The notes under the pieces: model-generated
What the model saw: the letters and a program-made list of their open reading frames with translations, nothing else
What the model was told of the DNA's origin: nothing
Databases searched by the model: none
DNA from: Chiloscyllium plagiosum
Lineage: Eukaryota
DNA length: 64,000 bases
Assembly: GCF_004010195.1 (NCBI RefSeq)
Contig: NC_057759.1
Coordinates: forward strand, 1,285,212-1,349,211
Direction of reading: 5' to 3'
In this document: one piece after another, positions 25,188 to 38,049 of the stretch
Layout of the letters: each line of letters begins with the position of its first letter
Numbering within the stretch: position 1 is the stretch's first letter
Made by a program: the position numbers and the translations under genes

Positions 25188-26727
25188 CAAATTGTGCATT
25201 AGCATAAAAAAAACTGAGGACATTGCAAACATTTCAATGCATTCATTGGCGTTCACACAACAATCAAACCAATTCAACTCAAATGTGAGAGAGTCACATT
25301 TGATACCTTTTCCAAACAAAGCTGCTGTTTGTGCCTTGGTGCAGGCCAGCCAGCAGAGGATGGTATAACATCACTTTAAACAGAAGAGAGAGAAACAGAC
25401 TTAGAGAGAGAGATAAACGGAGGCAAAACATTTTGATCCCCATCTCAATGTATTCACTCCTAAAAAACCCAGAAACCCTAATGGTCAGAGATGCCAATGC
25501 AGAGATCCACACATTTGTACACTAAAGCATACACATAAAGATAGAGGCAAACACAGATCTACACACGCACATTCACACAATCTGAAACACAGAGACACAT
25601 GCACACTTTCAGCCCATCTTGTCTTCCTTGCCATTCAATTATACCATGGCTGATCTGATCTAAGCCTGACCTTTATTTCCATTTGGTAAAGCTGTTAGAG
25701 TGGAAGCAGTTTGGGATCAGTTACCGTAATTCTCTTAGTTTGAAAGTAATTCTTCAAAAGGATAGGCATAGTCTACAAGTTAAAACTATAAATTAAGGCA
25801 AGGCTAATATTGATGGAATTAGGCAGGGACTTTTAAAACATGTTTGGAGAAGTTGTTTGCAAGTAGATGGATGTCTGTCAAGTGGGAGTCTTTCAAAAAC
25901 GAAATTAAAAGAATTCAGGGACAGCAAGTACCTGTTAGTGTGAAGGGTAATACTGGCAGGAATAGGGAACAGTACATGATAGGGGATATTGAAGCCCTCG
26001 TCAAGAAAAAAAGGAGGTAGATGCCGGACATTGACAGTGGGGATGAAGGGAGCATACCGGGTATAGGATTATAGTTCCAAGAGCAAAAAGGGGCAAGAGA
26101 TAGATTTGGCTGATAAAGGTGATGTGAATTGCCAGAGGTTCTCCACCTATATTAGGGTCAACAGTTAAAATAGAGACAGAATTCGGCTCCCTAAATGCCA
26201 AAGAGTCAACTCCATGTTCAACCACGGGATATGAATTAATTTTATTAGATTTATTGTCACATTTACTCACATGAGGACAGCGAAACTTTTACAAGTTGCC
26301 ACATCTGATGCAATCTTGCAAATAGGGGAAAGCTCACACCCACCACCACCCACTCCAGGTACAGAATCTTAGTGAAATATGGAATAATAAAGAAAACAAA
26401 GTTGAAATGTAAAATAATACAGCACTTCCTATAAAAAAGGAAAACACAGGAACGCAGTTAACAGTTCAATAACACAGGCATAAGCGCCTGACCATGTTGG
26501 GTTCAACTCCCCACAAGATCCCAAACTTCCACAACCCGCTCCCTTACAATGTGCTTTTGCTTGATTGATGAGATCCTACATGAATATATTGCGTCAGTAT
26601 TTACGTTGGAGAAAGACATGGAAACGAGGGAACTCAGGGAACCAAAAAAAAAGTGATGTTTTGAAACGAGACCACATTACAGAATACGAAGTGCTGGAGG
26701 TTTAAAATGCATAAAAGTAGGTAAATG

Positions 26728-27052
26728 ACATACAATCCCTACAGTGTGGAAACAGGCTCTTCCATCCAACAGGTTCGCTCTGACTCTCTGAAGAGTAACA
26801 CAACCCCCTGCATTTACGCCTGACTAATGCATCTAACCTACAAATCCCTGAATACTATGGACAATTTAGCATGGCCAATTTACCTAACCTGCACATCTTT
26901 GAATAGTGGGAGGAAACCAGAGCACCCGGAGAAAACTCACGCAGATAATGTGGACACTCCACACAGAGAATCACCCGCAGGTGAGAATCGAATCCGGGTC
27001 TCTAGCGCTGCGAGGCAGGAATGCTACCCACTGAACCATCGTGCTACCCCAG
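26728..27052 (-). mobile_element. HE1-type V-SINE with 8-bp TSD
   Basis: V-SINE body; GGTAAATG at 26720-26727 and 27053-27060. Confidence 0.9.
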
Positions 27053-27122
27053 GGTAAATGCCCATGATATGTTCAAGTGTATCCCAGATCACTGAGGGAA
27101 TGTGGGGAAGAACTTGCAGGGA

Positions 27123-28162
27123 CTTGGGGGAGGGGCGTTGGGAATGCGATAGGTGGAAGGAGGTTAAGGTGAGGGTGATAGGCTGGAGAGGGGGTGGGGG
27201 CGGAGAGGTCAGGAAGAAGATTGCAGGTAAAAAAGGCGGTGCTGAGTCCGAGGGTTGGGTCTGAGAAAAGATGGGGGGAGGGGAAATGAGAAAGCTGGAG
27301 AAATCTGCATTCATCCCTTGTGGTTGGAGGGTTCCTAGGCGGAAGTTGAGGCACTCCATTGCCATGGTCTGGCGATGGAGGAGGCCAAGGGCCTGCATGT
27401 CCTTGGCGGAGTGGGAGGGGGCGTTAAAGTGTTCAGCCACAGGGCGGTTGGGTTGGTTGGTGCGGGTGTCCCAGAGGTGTTCTCTGAAACGTTCCGCAAG
27501 TAGGCAGCCTGTCTCCCCAATATAGAGGAGGCCACATCGGCTGCAGCGTGTGCAGTAAATGATGTGTGTGGAGGTGCAGGTGAATGTGATGGATATGGAA
27601 GGATCCCTTGGGGCCTTGGAGGGAAGTGAGGGGGGAGGTGTGGGCGCAAGTTTTGCATTTCTTGCGGTTGCAGGGGAAGGTGCCAGGAGTGGAATTCAGG
27701 TCCTTGACCTCCTCCATCTCCAGACTATGGCAACACGACGCCTAGAGGAAGAGCGCCTCATCTTCCACCTTTGAACCCTCCAACCACAAAGGATGAATGC
27801 AGATTTCTCCAGCTTCCTCATTTCCCCTCCCCCCACCTTTTCTCAGTCCCAACCCTCGGACTCAGAACCGCCTTCTTGACCTGCAATCTTCTTCCCGACC
27901 TCTCACCCCCACCCCCCTCTCCAGCCTATCACCCTCACCTTAACCTCCTTCCACCTATCGCATTCCCAACGCCCCTCCCCCAAGTCCCTCCTCCCTACCT
28001 TTTATCTTAGCCTACTTGGCACACTTTCCTCATTCCTGAAGAAGGGCTTATGCCCGAAACGTCGATTCTCCTGCTCCTTTGATGCTGCCTGACCTGCTGC
28101 GCTTTTCCAGCAACACGTTTTTCAGCTCTGATCTCCAGCATCTGCAGTCCTCACTTTCTCCT
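27123..28162 (+). mobile_element. 5'-truncated Penelope-like element (Neptune-like GIY-YIG) with an inverted 5' segment
   Basis: Minus arm 27118-27693 encodes PGTFPCNRKKCKTC and the GIY-YIG region; plus arm 27694-28162 encodes RRLEEERLIF then the pLTR ending CTCACTTTCTCCT; TSD agaac(t/g)tgcaggga at 27109-27122 and 28163-28176. Confidence 0.9.
28036..28063 (+). ncRNA. Minimal hammerhead ribozyme core in PLE pLTR
   Basis: CTGAAGA-A-GGGC-TTAT-GCCC-GAAAC-GTC: CUGANGA and GAAA boxes, 4-bp stem II, palindromic ACGU stem III, GUC site. Confidence 0.75.
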
Positions 28163-28212
28163 AGAACGTGCAGGGAACCTACTGATATATTTGTATCATT
28201 CCTTGGGTGTTT

Positions 28213-28345
28213 TGAGGAACGATCACATGACCAGAAAAATTAACTCTGATTTCTCTGCAGAGATGCCGCCAGTCCTGCTGACCTTTCCCAGCAATGTCTT
28301 TTTTTATAACGAAATGACAGAATCTGCAATTCTTTCAATTTTTAT
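28213..28345 (+). mobile_element. Degenerate PLE pLTR, second subtype
   Basis: taactctgatttctctgcagagatgccgccagtcctgctgacctttcccagcaat. Confidence 0.6.
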
Positions 28346-30779
28346 TAGTATCTTTGAAAGCTATTAGTGAGTTGCTGGAGGACTGGAAGATAGCTAATGT
28401 TATGACTTTTTTTTAAAAGGGATGCAAGAAAAAAGAGAACTAAAGTCATGTGAGTCTGACGTCAGGGGTGGTTATGTGTTTTGAGGAGATTCCGAGAGAC
28501 AGGACATATATGCATTCGGAAAGGCAAGGACTGATTTTGAATAGTCAGGGTCGGCTTTGTGTGTGGTGAAACGTGTCTCAGAAACAAGATTGAAAATTTT
28601 CGAAGGGTAACCACAAACATAGATGAAGGTAGAGAAGCATATGATGTCTACGTGGACTTTAGTGAGGCCCCACAAGTTTCGACATGGTACCTGGTTAAGA
28701 AAATTAGATCACACGGGATCAGGGGGAACCCGCCAATTAGATGTAAAGTTGGCTTGACAGTAGGAGACAGAGAATTTTGGGAGAAATTTGTTGTTCCACT
28801 TGGAGGCCTGTGACCAGCGATGCGTCACAAGGTCCAGTCTGATGTTGTTTGCTATTTTTACAAACAATTTGGATGAGAATATGGGAACAATTAAGTCCAT
28901 AGGCAAAACCAAAATTGGTTTTGTAGTGGACAGTGAACAAGATCATTTAAAAGGACAAGGAGATCTTCGTCAACTGGGCCACTGAGCCGAGGAAAGGCAG
29001 ATGGAGCCTCATGCAGATAAATGTGATTTGTTGCATTTTGTTTGACAAACCAGAGAAACACTTACACACTTAACGGTAGGGCTCTGCAGAATGTTGTTGA
29101 GCAGACAGCTCCAGAGGTGCAGTTAGAGAGTTCATTGAAAATGCAGTCGCAGGTATACAGGGTAGCGAAGAAGGCATTAAGTATGCTTGCTTTTATCAGT
29201 CAGAGCATTGAATATAGTCTGCTCAAGTGAATGGTAAGATCGCTTTCGGAGTATTGAGTGCAATTCTTATCACCCTGCTTTAGGAAGGATATTATAAACT
29301 AGAAGGTGTACAAAAACATTTATAATTATGTGACAGAGGTTTCGAGATGTAAGGGTAGACTGAGATTTTGTTACATTTACAAAGGATGGTTAAGGGTGGC
29401 CTTATAGAGGTTTATAAAATCATGAGGGACATGGATAGTTGCATGGCCAATGTCTTTTTACCAGTGTATGGATGTTCAAAACCAAACAGTAAAGCATTAA
29501 GGTATGAGGGAAGAGATAAAAAACGGATCTAAGAGGAAGTTGTTTCTCACAGAAAGTGATGTGTATATGTAACGAGATCTCAGAGGAAGTGGTAGAGGCG
29601 AGTATAATTACAATATTTAATACAGAATTGGTTGGGTGCCCGAATAGGAAAGTGATGAGAGGGGTATGTGCCAAAAGCAGAAAAATAGGACATGACCAAT
29701 TTAGGAAAGCTAGTGAGTATGGACGGTTTGGGCTAAAGTGTCTGCTTGCATTTTGTATGAATGTAAGAGTTTATGATTCTATGAAGCCCCTTTCATCATC
29801 AATTCTTCATTACTCTCAATTCGTTTCCAGGTCAATAATACTCTGTAAACACGTCCAGTGATCCAGCTCTGTGAACTTGCATGAATAGCGAATTCCGAAT
29901 ACAGATGTTGATCTGCAGGCCATTGCAGAAGCAGAATTGTGTTCGATCACAATCTGTAAATGTTTGCCCTGGATAATCCCTCAGTCTTCAATTTAACATC
30001 AACCTATTCGATGGTTCAGTGAAGAGTGTGGGTGAACATGCCAGGGTCAAAATCATCTGTACATAAACCTGATGGCATACCATTAAAGCTAACACACTTG
30101 GCTGCGTACATTCATAACATCTGATAGAGAGGGCTAAATGATCCCAAGAATAATCTAAGCTCTGCTGTCCTGCCAATCCAACGATAAATGGTGAAGAACG
30201 ATTAAGCAACTCACTGGAGAATATGTCTATTATACACGATTTGGCTGTAACAAAATTAATAATTGTGGACCTTAGTTGTATACAGCAAACTCTTGACCAC
30301 TGTTCGGCTACCCATCCCTAGCATCAGCTGAATAAAAAAAAAACAAGCCTCTGTCTGCAAAATGCACATTCAGTGTGTTCAGCTAAAACAGGAATTCAAT
30401 CAATTTTGCAAGCCTGGAAACTAAGGAACAATACTGTCGTCAGCGATTATAGTGTTAACGTGTTATATTTACTGTCTTATTTCATTACAATATATGATTT
30501 AATGATTTACATGGACTCTCCTACGCTTTGTGTTAGGCTATTACTTTTGTTTTGATTTTATTGGTATTTTTGGCGATTTGTCGCTTACCCTGTTTTGCCA
30601 ATAGGCCACATCATTTATATTGCAAGATTTTCTACAACAGGGTATTGCACAGGAAAGCAGCTACTACGTCTTAGAAAAACTACGTATGATGTTGGCAGAT
30701 CCTCTAGCTCCGCAATACTCCCTTGCTCTCTTCCCATTTCTATTACGTCCAAAAATCCTTATTTATCTTCAGCGTTTTG

Positions 30780-31790
30780 GCTTCCACAGCATTATGTTTT
30801 GGAAAACTCCCCAGGGTTCAACAGTCTCTGAGTGTCGCCATTTATTGTCATTTCAGTGCGGTGTGGCCTGCCTGTATCTAACACTGTGACCCCTGTTTTC
30901 AGACGTGCCAGCATAGGGGAATTATGATCCCTGTTTTCAATCCGTCTTGACCTGTCAGAGTTTTATAATTTCTCTTGAGATCTCCATCATATTCCTAAAC
31001 CTCATGGAATAACGGTCAAGTTGACCAAACATCTGCTCCTACAACAAGACTGACGTCCCAGAGATCAGTGTGGTCATCTCTCGCTGCACTCCTTCAATGT
31101 CAGTTTTGTCATTCATTAAGTAAAAAGACCAAAACTGCATACAATACTGCAAAATGTTCGCGATGATGTCTCGGCAAGGCCCTATACAACTGCAGTAAGG
31201 CACTCTTAGTCCTGTACTCAAATCCTATTAAATAAAGTCAACGCACCATTTATCTTCCTAACTAATTTCTGTTCCTGCAATATTGTTTTCAGTGACTGGT
31301 GTACAAGGAGATGCGGATCCTTTTCAATGTTACAATGACGCAATTGGTAGGCCTATATACAGCGGTCAGTGTGGCAATGACATTCCCCATATTGCCTCCT
31401 GGCTTCAGAACTCACTGCCCTGCAGGACGTCAAACTGCCCTGCAGTTAGAGGTCTGCACAGAAGGAAAAAAAAAAGCATAAATCCCTTTATTGATCAAAA
31501 TTTTAAATCAATTCCTTTTCAAATGATAGGACGCCATTCTATTTTTTCTAACAAAGGGCAGTGTCACATTGCTCTTCATCAGCCAAGCATTTGCCATTTC
31601 ACTCCACTTGTCTCAAGCAACTTGTAGCTTTTTCACATTATCCTCTCCTGCTCACAATCCAACATCGTCTAGTGCATTATCAGACTTTGAAATATTGCAT
31701 TTGATATCTTCAATCAAATGTTTGAGACGTATTGGGAGTAGCTGGTGCTCAATCCTCGTTTCCTGTGATATCCTCCAATAAAAGGATACT
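30780..31790 (-). mobile_element. Old CR1 fragment carrying an internal non-CR1 insert (31330-31500)
   Basis: ORF LQYCMQFWSFYLMNDKTDIEGVQR; paralogous to 58880-59700. Confidence 0.75.
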
Positions 31791-31804
31791 TTGATTCCGG
31801 TATT

Positions 31805-32580
31805 TCATGTCAAAGTGCTCCTGCACTGGAGCGTCTCCACCCTGACCTCTTTTTATTTTCTTACTTTTTGCCCTGTTTTCATTTCGTAACTTACTGAAAT
31901 GTAGCTTAGACAGCTGTGCGAGAGTCCAACATGTGGACTTTGAGCAGACTCAGGACATGTCCCTCGACATATCTCAAGCTGGACCCAGGATATACACCTC
32001 GATCTGGACCCAGTTCGGAAATGAGTGAGCCCCTATTAACCTATCTGAGGAAAACACAGTATCTGGAATAGGCGGCTGCTGCATTGGCAAAGGCGACATA
32101 AGCTAGATGGGGTCCAGCAGCAAAAGATGATTCTTGAGGTTCAGAGATTTTGTTGTTGGTTGTTCCTTATGCTGATGAAGTGGATGTTCGAAAGGCATTA
32201 TGGCAACATTGATGAGGTGGCCCAACCGTAAAGAGACATGTCTCCGACATTGGAGGGTCTTGCACAGGGGCAACGAGGTGTTGTTGGAGAGTTCTTGGCC
32301 CAGAAGCAAAGAAGGTGCTTGAGGACCAGCAGCTTCCATGTTGGTAGGACGGTGTTGATGGTGATGAAGTTGCTGTACAGGAATGGTGGTACAGGCGTCG
32401 TCGACGGTGAGGAGCTGGCTCAGGATCCATGAAATCGTATGAAGCTATATCTTTTGCTTTTTCTATTTTCTTAAATTGTTCAAAATGGCATTATTTTGTG
32501 GTGACAAATGAAAACTTGTCAGTTATTTTATTAATTTGATCCTGTAAAATGCACCTGATAATAAAATCAAAACGAAAATC
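31805..32580 (+). mobile_element. Unclassified non-autonomous retroelement ending ...tgataataaaatc (related pieces at 24320-24840 + and 26230-26560 -)
   Basis: Shared terminus caa(a/g)atggc...gtgg(t/c)(g/a)ac...tga(c/t)aataaa; family not identified. Confidence 0.35.
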
Positions 32581-32803
32581 TTTAACGCACTGTCTCCTGC
32601 CTGCTCTCCCATTCTAATATCATGCCGTTATTTTAGCCACAATCCAATAAGATTTGATTTTGTATAATGGCTTGTGAATTGATCAAAAATCTTTCCAAAA
32701 ATCCAAACACATTGCATACATTGCTTTTCCTTAATTGTTCAAACAGACAGTTCCTCAAATATAAATCCCATTTCAAAATCTATGTAGATGTTGGTTATGC
32801 CAT

Positions 32804-33021
32804 TAAAGCTCAGCAGGTCAGGCTGCAACTGAAGAATAGGAGAGTCGAAAATCGAGCATACGCTCTTCATCAAGAATGTTGGCACCATTTGTGATAAAGA
32901 GCTTGTGCTAGAAAAGTCTACTGTCCTGCTCCTCGGTTGCTGCCTGACCGGCTGTGTTTTTCCAGTACCACACTTTTTGACTCTGATCTCCAGCATCTGC
33001 ATCTGCAATCCTCACTTTCGC
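32804..33021 (+). mobile_element. Old head-to-head PLE pLTR pair
   Basis: Minus copy 32804-32878 and plus copy 32891-33021 ending ctcactttcgc; decayed hammerhead cores. Confidence 0.8.
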
Positions 33022-33111
33022 TCTATCCTATTAACCAGTCGAGTCACATTCAGAGATCTGAAGTGAAGCAACGTCTCAGCATCCTAGTGTGCTGTCAGTC
33101 ATTGAGTATTC

Positions 33112-33203
33112 CTGATGAAGAGCTTATGCCCGAAACGTCGACTCTCCTGCTCCTCAGATGCTGCCTGATCTGCTGTGCGTTTCCAGCACCACACTCTCGA
33201 AAA
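33112..33203 (+). mobile_element. Short PLE pLTR insertion with hammerhead core (33112-33139) and 10-bp TSD
   Basis: CTGATGAAGAGCTTATGCCCGAAACGTC; TGAGTATTCC at 33103-33112 and 33204-33213. Confidence 0.85.
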
Positions 33204-33813
33204 TGAGTATTCCCCTGTCTGGTTTCTTATTCAAAAGTGCATCACCTAATACTTGTCACAGTTATATTCCATCTGCCAATGATCTGCGTACCTGACCATT
33301 CCATCTATATCTTCCTGCAAAATAAGACCTCCCTCCTCAGTGGCAACCACCCAGACAATCTTTATGATTCATACAAATTGCTTATCACGCCCCCCGCCCC
33401 ACGTCTACGTGCCCTCCACATTCATATCTAATTGTTTTATGAATAACACAAATAATAAGTAACAATTCCCTAACCCTGTGGTACAGCAGGGGACACTGAT
33501 CTCCAGTCACTCAAAGAGCCCTCTCCCACCACCCTCTGTCTCCTGCAACTAAGAATATCTTGGATGTAACTTGTCAAGTTATCCTTAATGCCATAATATT
33601 TTACTTTCTTTATCAGTTTCCCATGTGGGGTATTGTCAAAGGCCTTGCTGAAAATCCCATAAATGACCTCTTCAAAAAACAATCAAATTCGTTCATCGTA
33701 ACTTTCTTCTGATGACATCATGCTGACTATCCATGTTCAAACCTTGCATCTCTAAATGGAGCTCAATTTTCTCCTTTCCTATTTTCTCCAATATTTTCCC
33801 TAAAACCGACTGC

Positions 33814-34137
33814 TCATAGAATCCCTACAGTGTGGAAACTGCCCCTTCGGCCCAACAAGTCCACACTGATCCACACCCAGACCCATTCTCCCTATCCTAC
33901 ATTTACCCCTGACTAATACACCTAACTACACATCCCTGAAAACTATGGGCAATTTAGAATAGCCAATTCAACTAACCTGTACATCTTTGGACTGTGGACA
34001 GAAGCCAGATAATCCAAAGAAAACCCACGCAGACATAGTGAGAATGTACAAACTCCACATAGGCAGTCACCCAAGTCTGGGATTGAAGCCGGGTCTCTGG
34101 TTCTGTCAGGCAACATTCTAAACTGAGCTACCATGCT
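33814..34137 (-). mobile_element. HE1-type V-SINE inserted in an antisense CR1 (33215-34410)
   Basis: V-SINE body and tail; CR1 RT motif FSKAFD on the flank. Confidence 0.85.
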
Positions 34138-34408
34138 CTATTAACCCCAGGGCTATCACCACCACTCATCTTTTCAAATGAGACCACATTAGCTGTTCTC
34201 CAGTCCTCTGGCATCTCCAACTTCCCTGTGGCCAGATTCGACTTAAATATTTCGGTTATGGCTTTTCCTCCCTTGTCTCCACCAGCAGCCTGAGATACAA
34301 CTCATCCAGATCTGAAGATTGGTCAGCCAAAGCCTCCAGTTCCATCTTATATTAATCTGATGAAGAGCTTCCCAGTCCATATTCTGGAATTCTGTGCCTT
34401 CATCCTCC

Positions 34409-35041
34409 TTCTGGAATGATTCAAAAAATGAGAGGAGATTGCAGTGAAACTTATAAAATTCACACAGAGGGACCGACTAAAACAGGAGCGTGGAGAAGTG
34501 TTCTCAGGCAATGTTTGGAAGAATCCCAAGATATTCTGCAAGTATATTAAACAGAACAGATTAATGAGGGAACAATTATGGGCCTATTAAACACCAAGGC
34601 GACAATCTGGGTGTGACGGTGCGGACCGTTGATAGATCCTGAAGAAGGGCTTATGCCCGAAACGTCGATTCTCCTGTTCCCTGGATGCTGCCTGACCTGC
34701 TGCGCTTTTCCAGCAACACATTTTCAGCTCTGATCTCCAGCATCTGCAGACCTCACTTTCTCCTTCATCCTCCTTCTCCCAAGTAAAGCAGATGTAATGC
34801 TTTCATGTAACGATCTATCAACGGTCCGCAGCGTCACACCCAGATTGTCCCCTTGGTGTTTAATAGGCCCATAATTGTTCCCTCATTAATCTGTTCTGTT
34901 TGATATACTTGCAGAATATCTTGGGATTCTTCCAAACATTACCTGACAACACTTCTCCACGCTCCTGTTTTAGTCGGTCCCTCTGTGTGAATTTTATAAG
35001 TTTCACTGCAATCTCCTCTCATTTTTTGAATCATTACAGAA
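34409..35041. repeat. 230-bp inverted duplication (arms 34409-34638 and 34812-35041)
   Basis: Arms are reverse complements with about 6 mismatches and no indels by eye; near-identical ORF text LQNILGFFQTLP appears on both strands. Confidence 0.95.
34639..34763 (+). mobile_element. Short PLE pLTR element with intact hammerhead core (34639-34666)
   Basis: CTGAAGAAGGGCTTATGCCCGAAACGTC...CAGCATCTGCAGACCTCACTTTCTCC; 16-bp direct repeat CCTTCATCCTCCTTCT at 34397-34412 and 34762-34777. Confidence 0.9.
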
Positions 35042-35170
35042 CACAGAGTGATATTCCACATCAAATAATCTTGCATCTATGAAGACAGACATGAAAATAG
35101 CCGTGCAGTTTCTCTGTAATTTGCCAGTTCGCTGCAAGAAATTATCCTCTCTGAATATTCACCATTCCAC

Positions 35171-35474
35171 ATGGTGGCTGCACGGTTTGAGGCACTCTGC
35201 CTCACAGCGCCAGAGACTCGGGTTCAATTCCCGCCTCAGGCGACTGACTGTGTGGAGTTTGCACGTTCTCCCCGTGTCTGTGTGGGTTTCCTCCGGGTGC
35301 TCCGGTTTCCTCCCACAGTCCAAAGATGTGCACATCAGGTGAATTGGCCGTGCTAAATTGCCCGTAGTGTTAGGTAAGGGGTAAATGTAGGGGTATGGGT
35401 GGGTTGCGCTTTGGCGGGTCGGTATGGACTTGTTGGGCCGAAGGGCCTGTTTCCACACTGTAAGTAATCTAATC
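35171..35474 (+). mobile_element. HE1-type V-SINE
   Basis: V-domain and tail nearly identical to 6666-6993. Confidence 0.95.
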
Positions 35475-36489
35475 ACATGTGATCTTGCCTTCACTTCCCG
35501 TTCACGTCGCCCTTATGTTTCTTGTTAGTTTGCATTCTGTTTATTTTGATTTCCTTTTCAGTTCATTGGTCCTCCTTTGCTTGGTCCCAAATGTCTGTAA
35601 ATCCACGTCTTACCACAATATCTGGCATTTTAACGCCGTTTCTTTTTATCTAAAACAATCATAAATCTCTTTTGTTAACCACAATTGACTTACATTAATC
35701 TTTTGCTTTTTGCACTGTAGTGGGTAGTTTTATATTTGACATGTTACATTGTTTATTTAAACAAGAGCCATTCCCTGTCTTCTGTTACATCTTTTTCATG
35801 TACTTGTTCAATTCATTGAAGCCAACTTGCCCCTGACACTTTCATGGCTTATATGACTCATGTTTATAACTCGTTTAAAAATGTTTTGTATTCAGATGTC
35901 ATTAAAATTCAACATATTATGATCACTGTTCCAAAAATCTCCGTTACAGCAAAGTTTTCAATAAGCTCTTCTGATAACACAAGACCAATTCCAAAACAGC
36001 CTGATCTCTAGCTCGGTGATCAACATCATTAATGTGAACCTTCTCAAACACGGTCGTGAGATCATTTTTTCCAAGCGTCAGCATTCATATGATTCAACAT
36101 AGTTTAGTTATAACTTGAAGCTGTCCATTATTACTGCTGCTCCCACAAACCTGCATATCTAATTTCCTGTTTTACAACATGCCTAACATTTGTATTGCAG
36201 TTTTGACTTTGACTTAACACCCATCAATGTATGCTTCTGCTTGCTCTTTCTAAGCTCCACCTTCGCAGATTCTGTGGAACCTGAGCGACGTGGATCTGCG
36301 AAGATTAATGGCCGATTCACGTTTGGCGACGCCTATCTGGACGTTGAGATCATCTCATCATATCTTATTCGCTCTTTACAAGTGTCATTGTGATATTTTC
36401 ACCAAATCTCCCGTTATGCTGATGGAGTAAAGAACGGAAAAAATCTCTCATTCCTCCAGACAGCTGAGTAGTAACCATACGCCAGGCTG

Positions 36490-37690
36490 GCAAAGTGTTG
36501 CTGCTGCTGTACAAGATCTTAGTGAGATCACATCTGGGGTATTGTGTCCACATTTAGTCTCCTCAGTGATGAAAAGATAATTTTATTATGGAAACAGTTC
36601 AGAGATGGCTCCCTCAATTGATTCGTGCAATGCCGGTTTTAACGTACAAGGAAAGGATGATGAGGTTGGTCCAAAACTCATTGAAGTTTACAAGGATGAT
36701 AGATTATCTTTTTTTTTAGATAGAACACCGGAAACAGTCAGCAATAGGAACTAAATTAACAGCAAATGGAGAAATCCATTCCACTTCTCCAGCCTGTTAC
36801 ACAGGAACAGCAAAATGATATTCTGGCCTTTGAACCTGTTACAGCAGAACACGATATCACAGAAAACTCACTTGCAAGTGTAGCAGATAATGAGAAAGGC
36901 AAGCGTAATTTCGTTGTTTATTTGTAAAACAATAGAATGTAAAACTGGGGAAGAATTACTGCAACTCTGCAAGGTATAGGTGATTCTGTACCTGGAGTAC
37001 TGTGTACAGTTTTGGTGCCCTGAATGCAGGAGGGATGCAGTTATATTTGAGGCAATTCAGAAGCGATTCACTAGATTGATTCTTGAGATGATTAGTTTGC
37101 CTTTTGAAGATTTTTCAGTTCAGGCCATACTCTGGAATTTAGAAGAATGAGTGGAGATCACACTGACGTCTTCAAGATGCTAAAGGTCATTGACAATGTA
37201 GATGTAGAGTGGATAATTCCTCACGTGGAACAATCTAGAACAAGAGATCATAGTTTTAGGATAAGGCGGGGCAGATTTAAAGCAAGGGTGAGGAAAACTT
37301 ATTTCTCCCAAAGGGTTGTGAATTTGTATAATTCATTGCCCCACACAGGGGTGGATGCTGGGACATTGAATAAATCAGAAGTTATGGACAGCAGGCAGGA
37401 AAGTGGAACTGAGGCGGAGAACTAATGTTCTTTGTTCTTATTCAGACCTTTGAAAAGGTAATGCAGCAATGGGAGAGGGCTGGTTATCAAACAGGAAGCA
37501 GGCACTTGGGATAAACCAGTTTTGGTCAGTTTGACAGAATCAGTGGATTCACAAAGTGACCAGTGCTGGGTCTTCAAATATTTACAATTTATATAAATGA
37601 TCTGGAAGAGTGGAACAGATATTTTGTAACTAAGTTTGGCGATGACACTGCAATTAGAAGGAAATTACATTATCACGAGAAGATGGATAG
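36490..37690 (+). mobile_element. Degenerate CR1 fragments
   Basis: ORFs SRTRDHSFRIR...FSQRVVNLYNSLP and FTIYINDLEE...KFGDD. Confidence 0.8.
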
Positions 37691-38049
37691 CTTGAATCAA
37701 TGGATAATAGTTTCGCAATCAGAAGCCCCTCAGCTTCAAATTAGACTTTTTGAAAAATTCTCAAGGGGCTTCGTTGTGCTACTGATCACACGATGAGCTG
37801 AGAGGGTCAAACACAAGCGTTCAGTTGACAGGAGCAGACCAATTTTCGAAGACGTGTCTCGAAGCCACTGAAACCCCCTGTCCAACACGTAACACAACAT
37901 GGGAAACATAGGGACGTGAAATAGAGTGCGAGGTGACCAGTGTCTTTTTACTTGGTTCCTGAGTTTCATAACGATGAAACCTGACAATCCAGCGAGACGA
38001 ACACCAAAGGGCAGGGGAAGATTAATAAGGACTGATATTTGCATTAAAA

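Larger units (their letters stand above)
25660..29725 (+). mobile_element. One degenerate CR1 ORF2 interrupted by four nested insertions
   Basis: Collinear CR1 pieces at 25660-26230, 26560-26727, 27053-27122, 28163-28200 and 28345-29725, ending in ...ttatgattctatga. Confidence 0.8.

Noticed and set aside
34409..35041. Interpretation as a MITE with long terminal inverted repeats
   Set aside because: The TSD brackets only the left arm plus the pLTR, not both arms, so the right arm is pre-existing host sequence.
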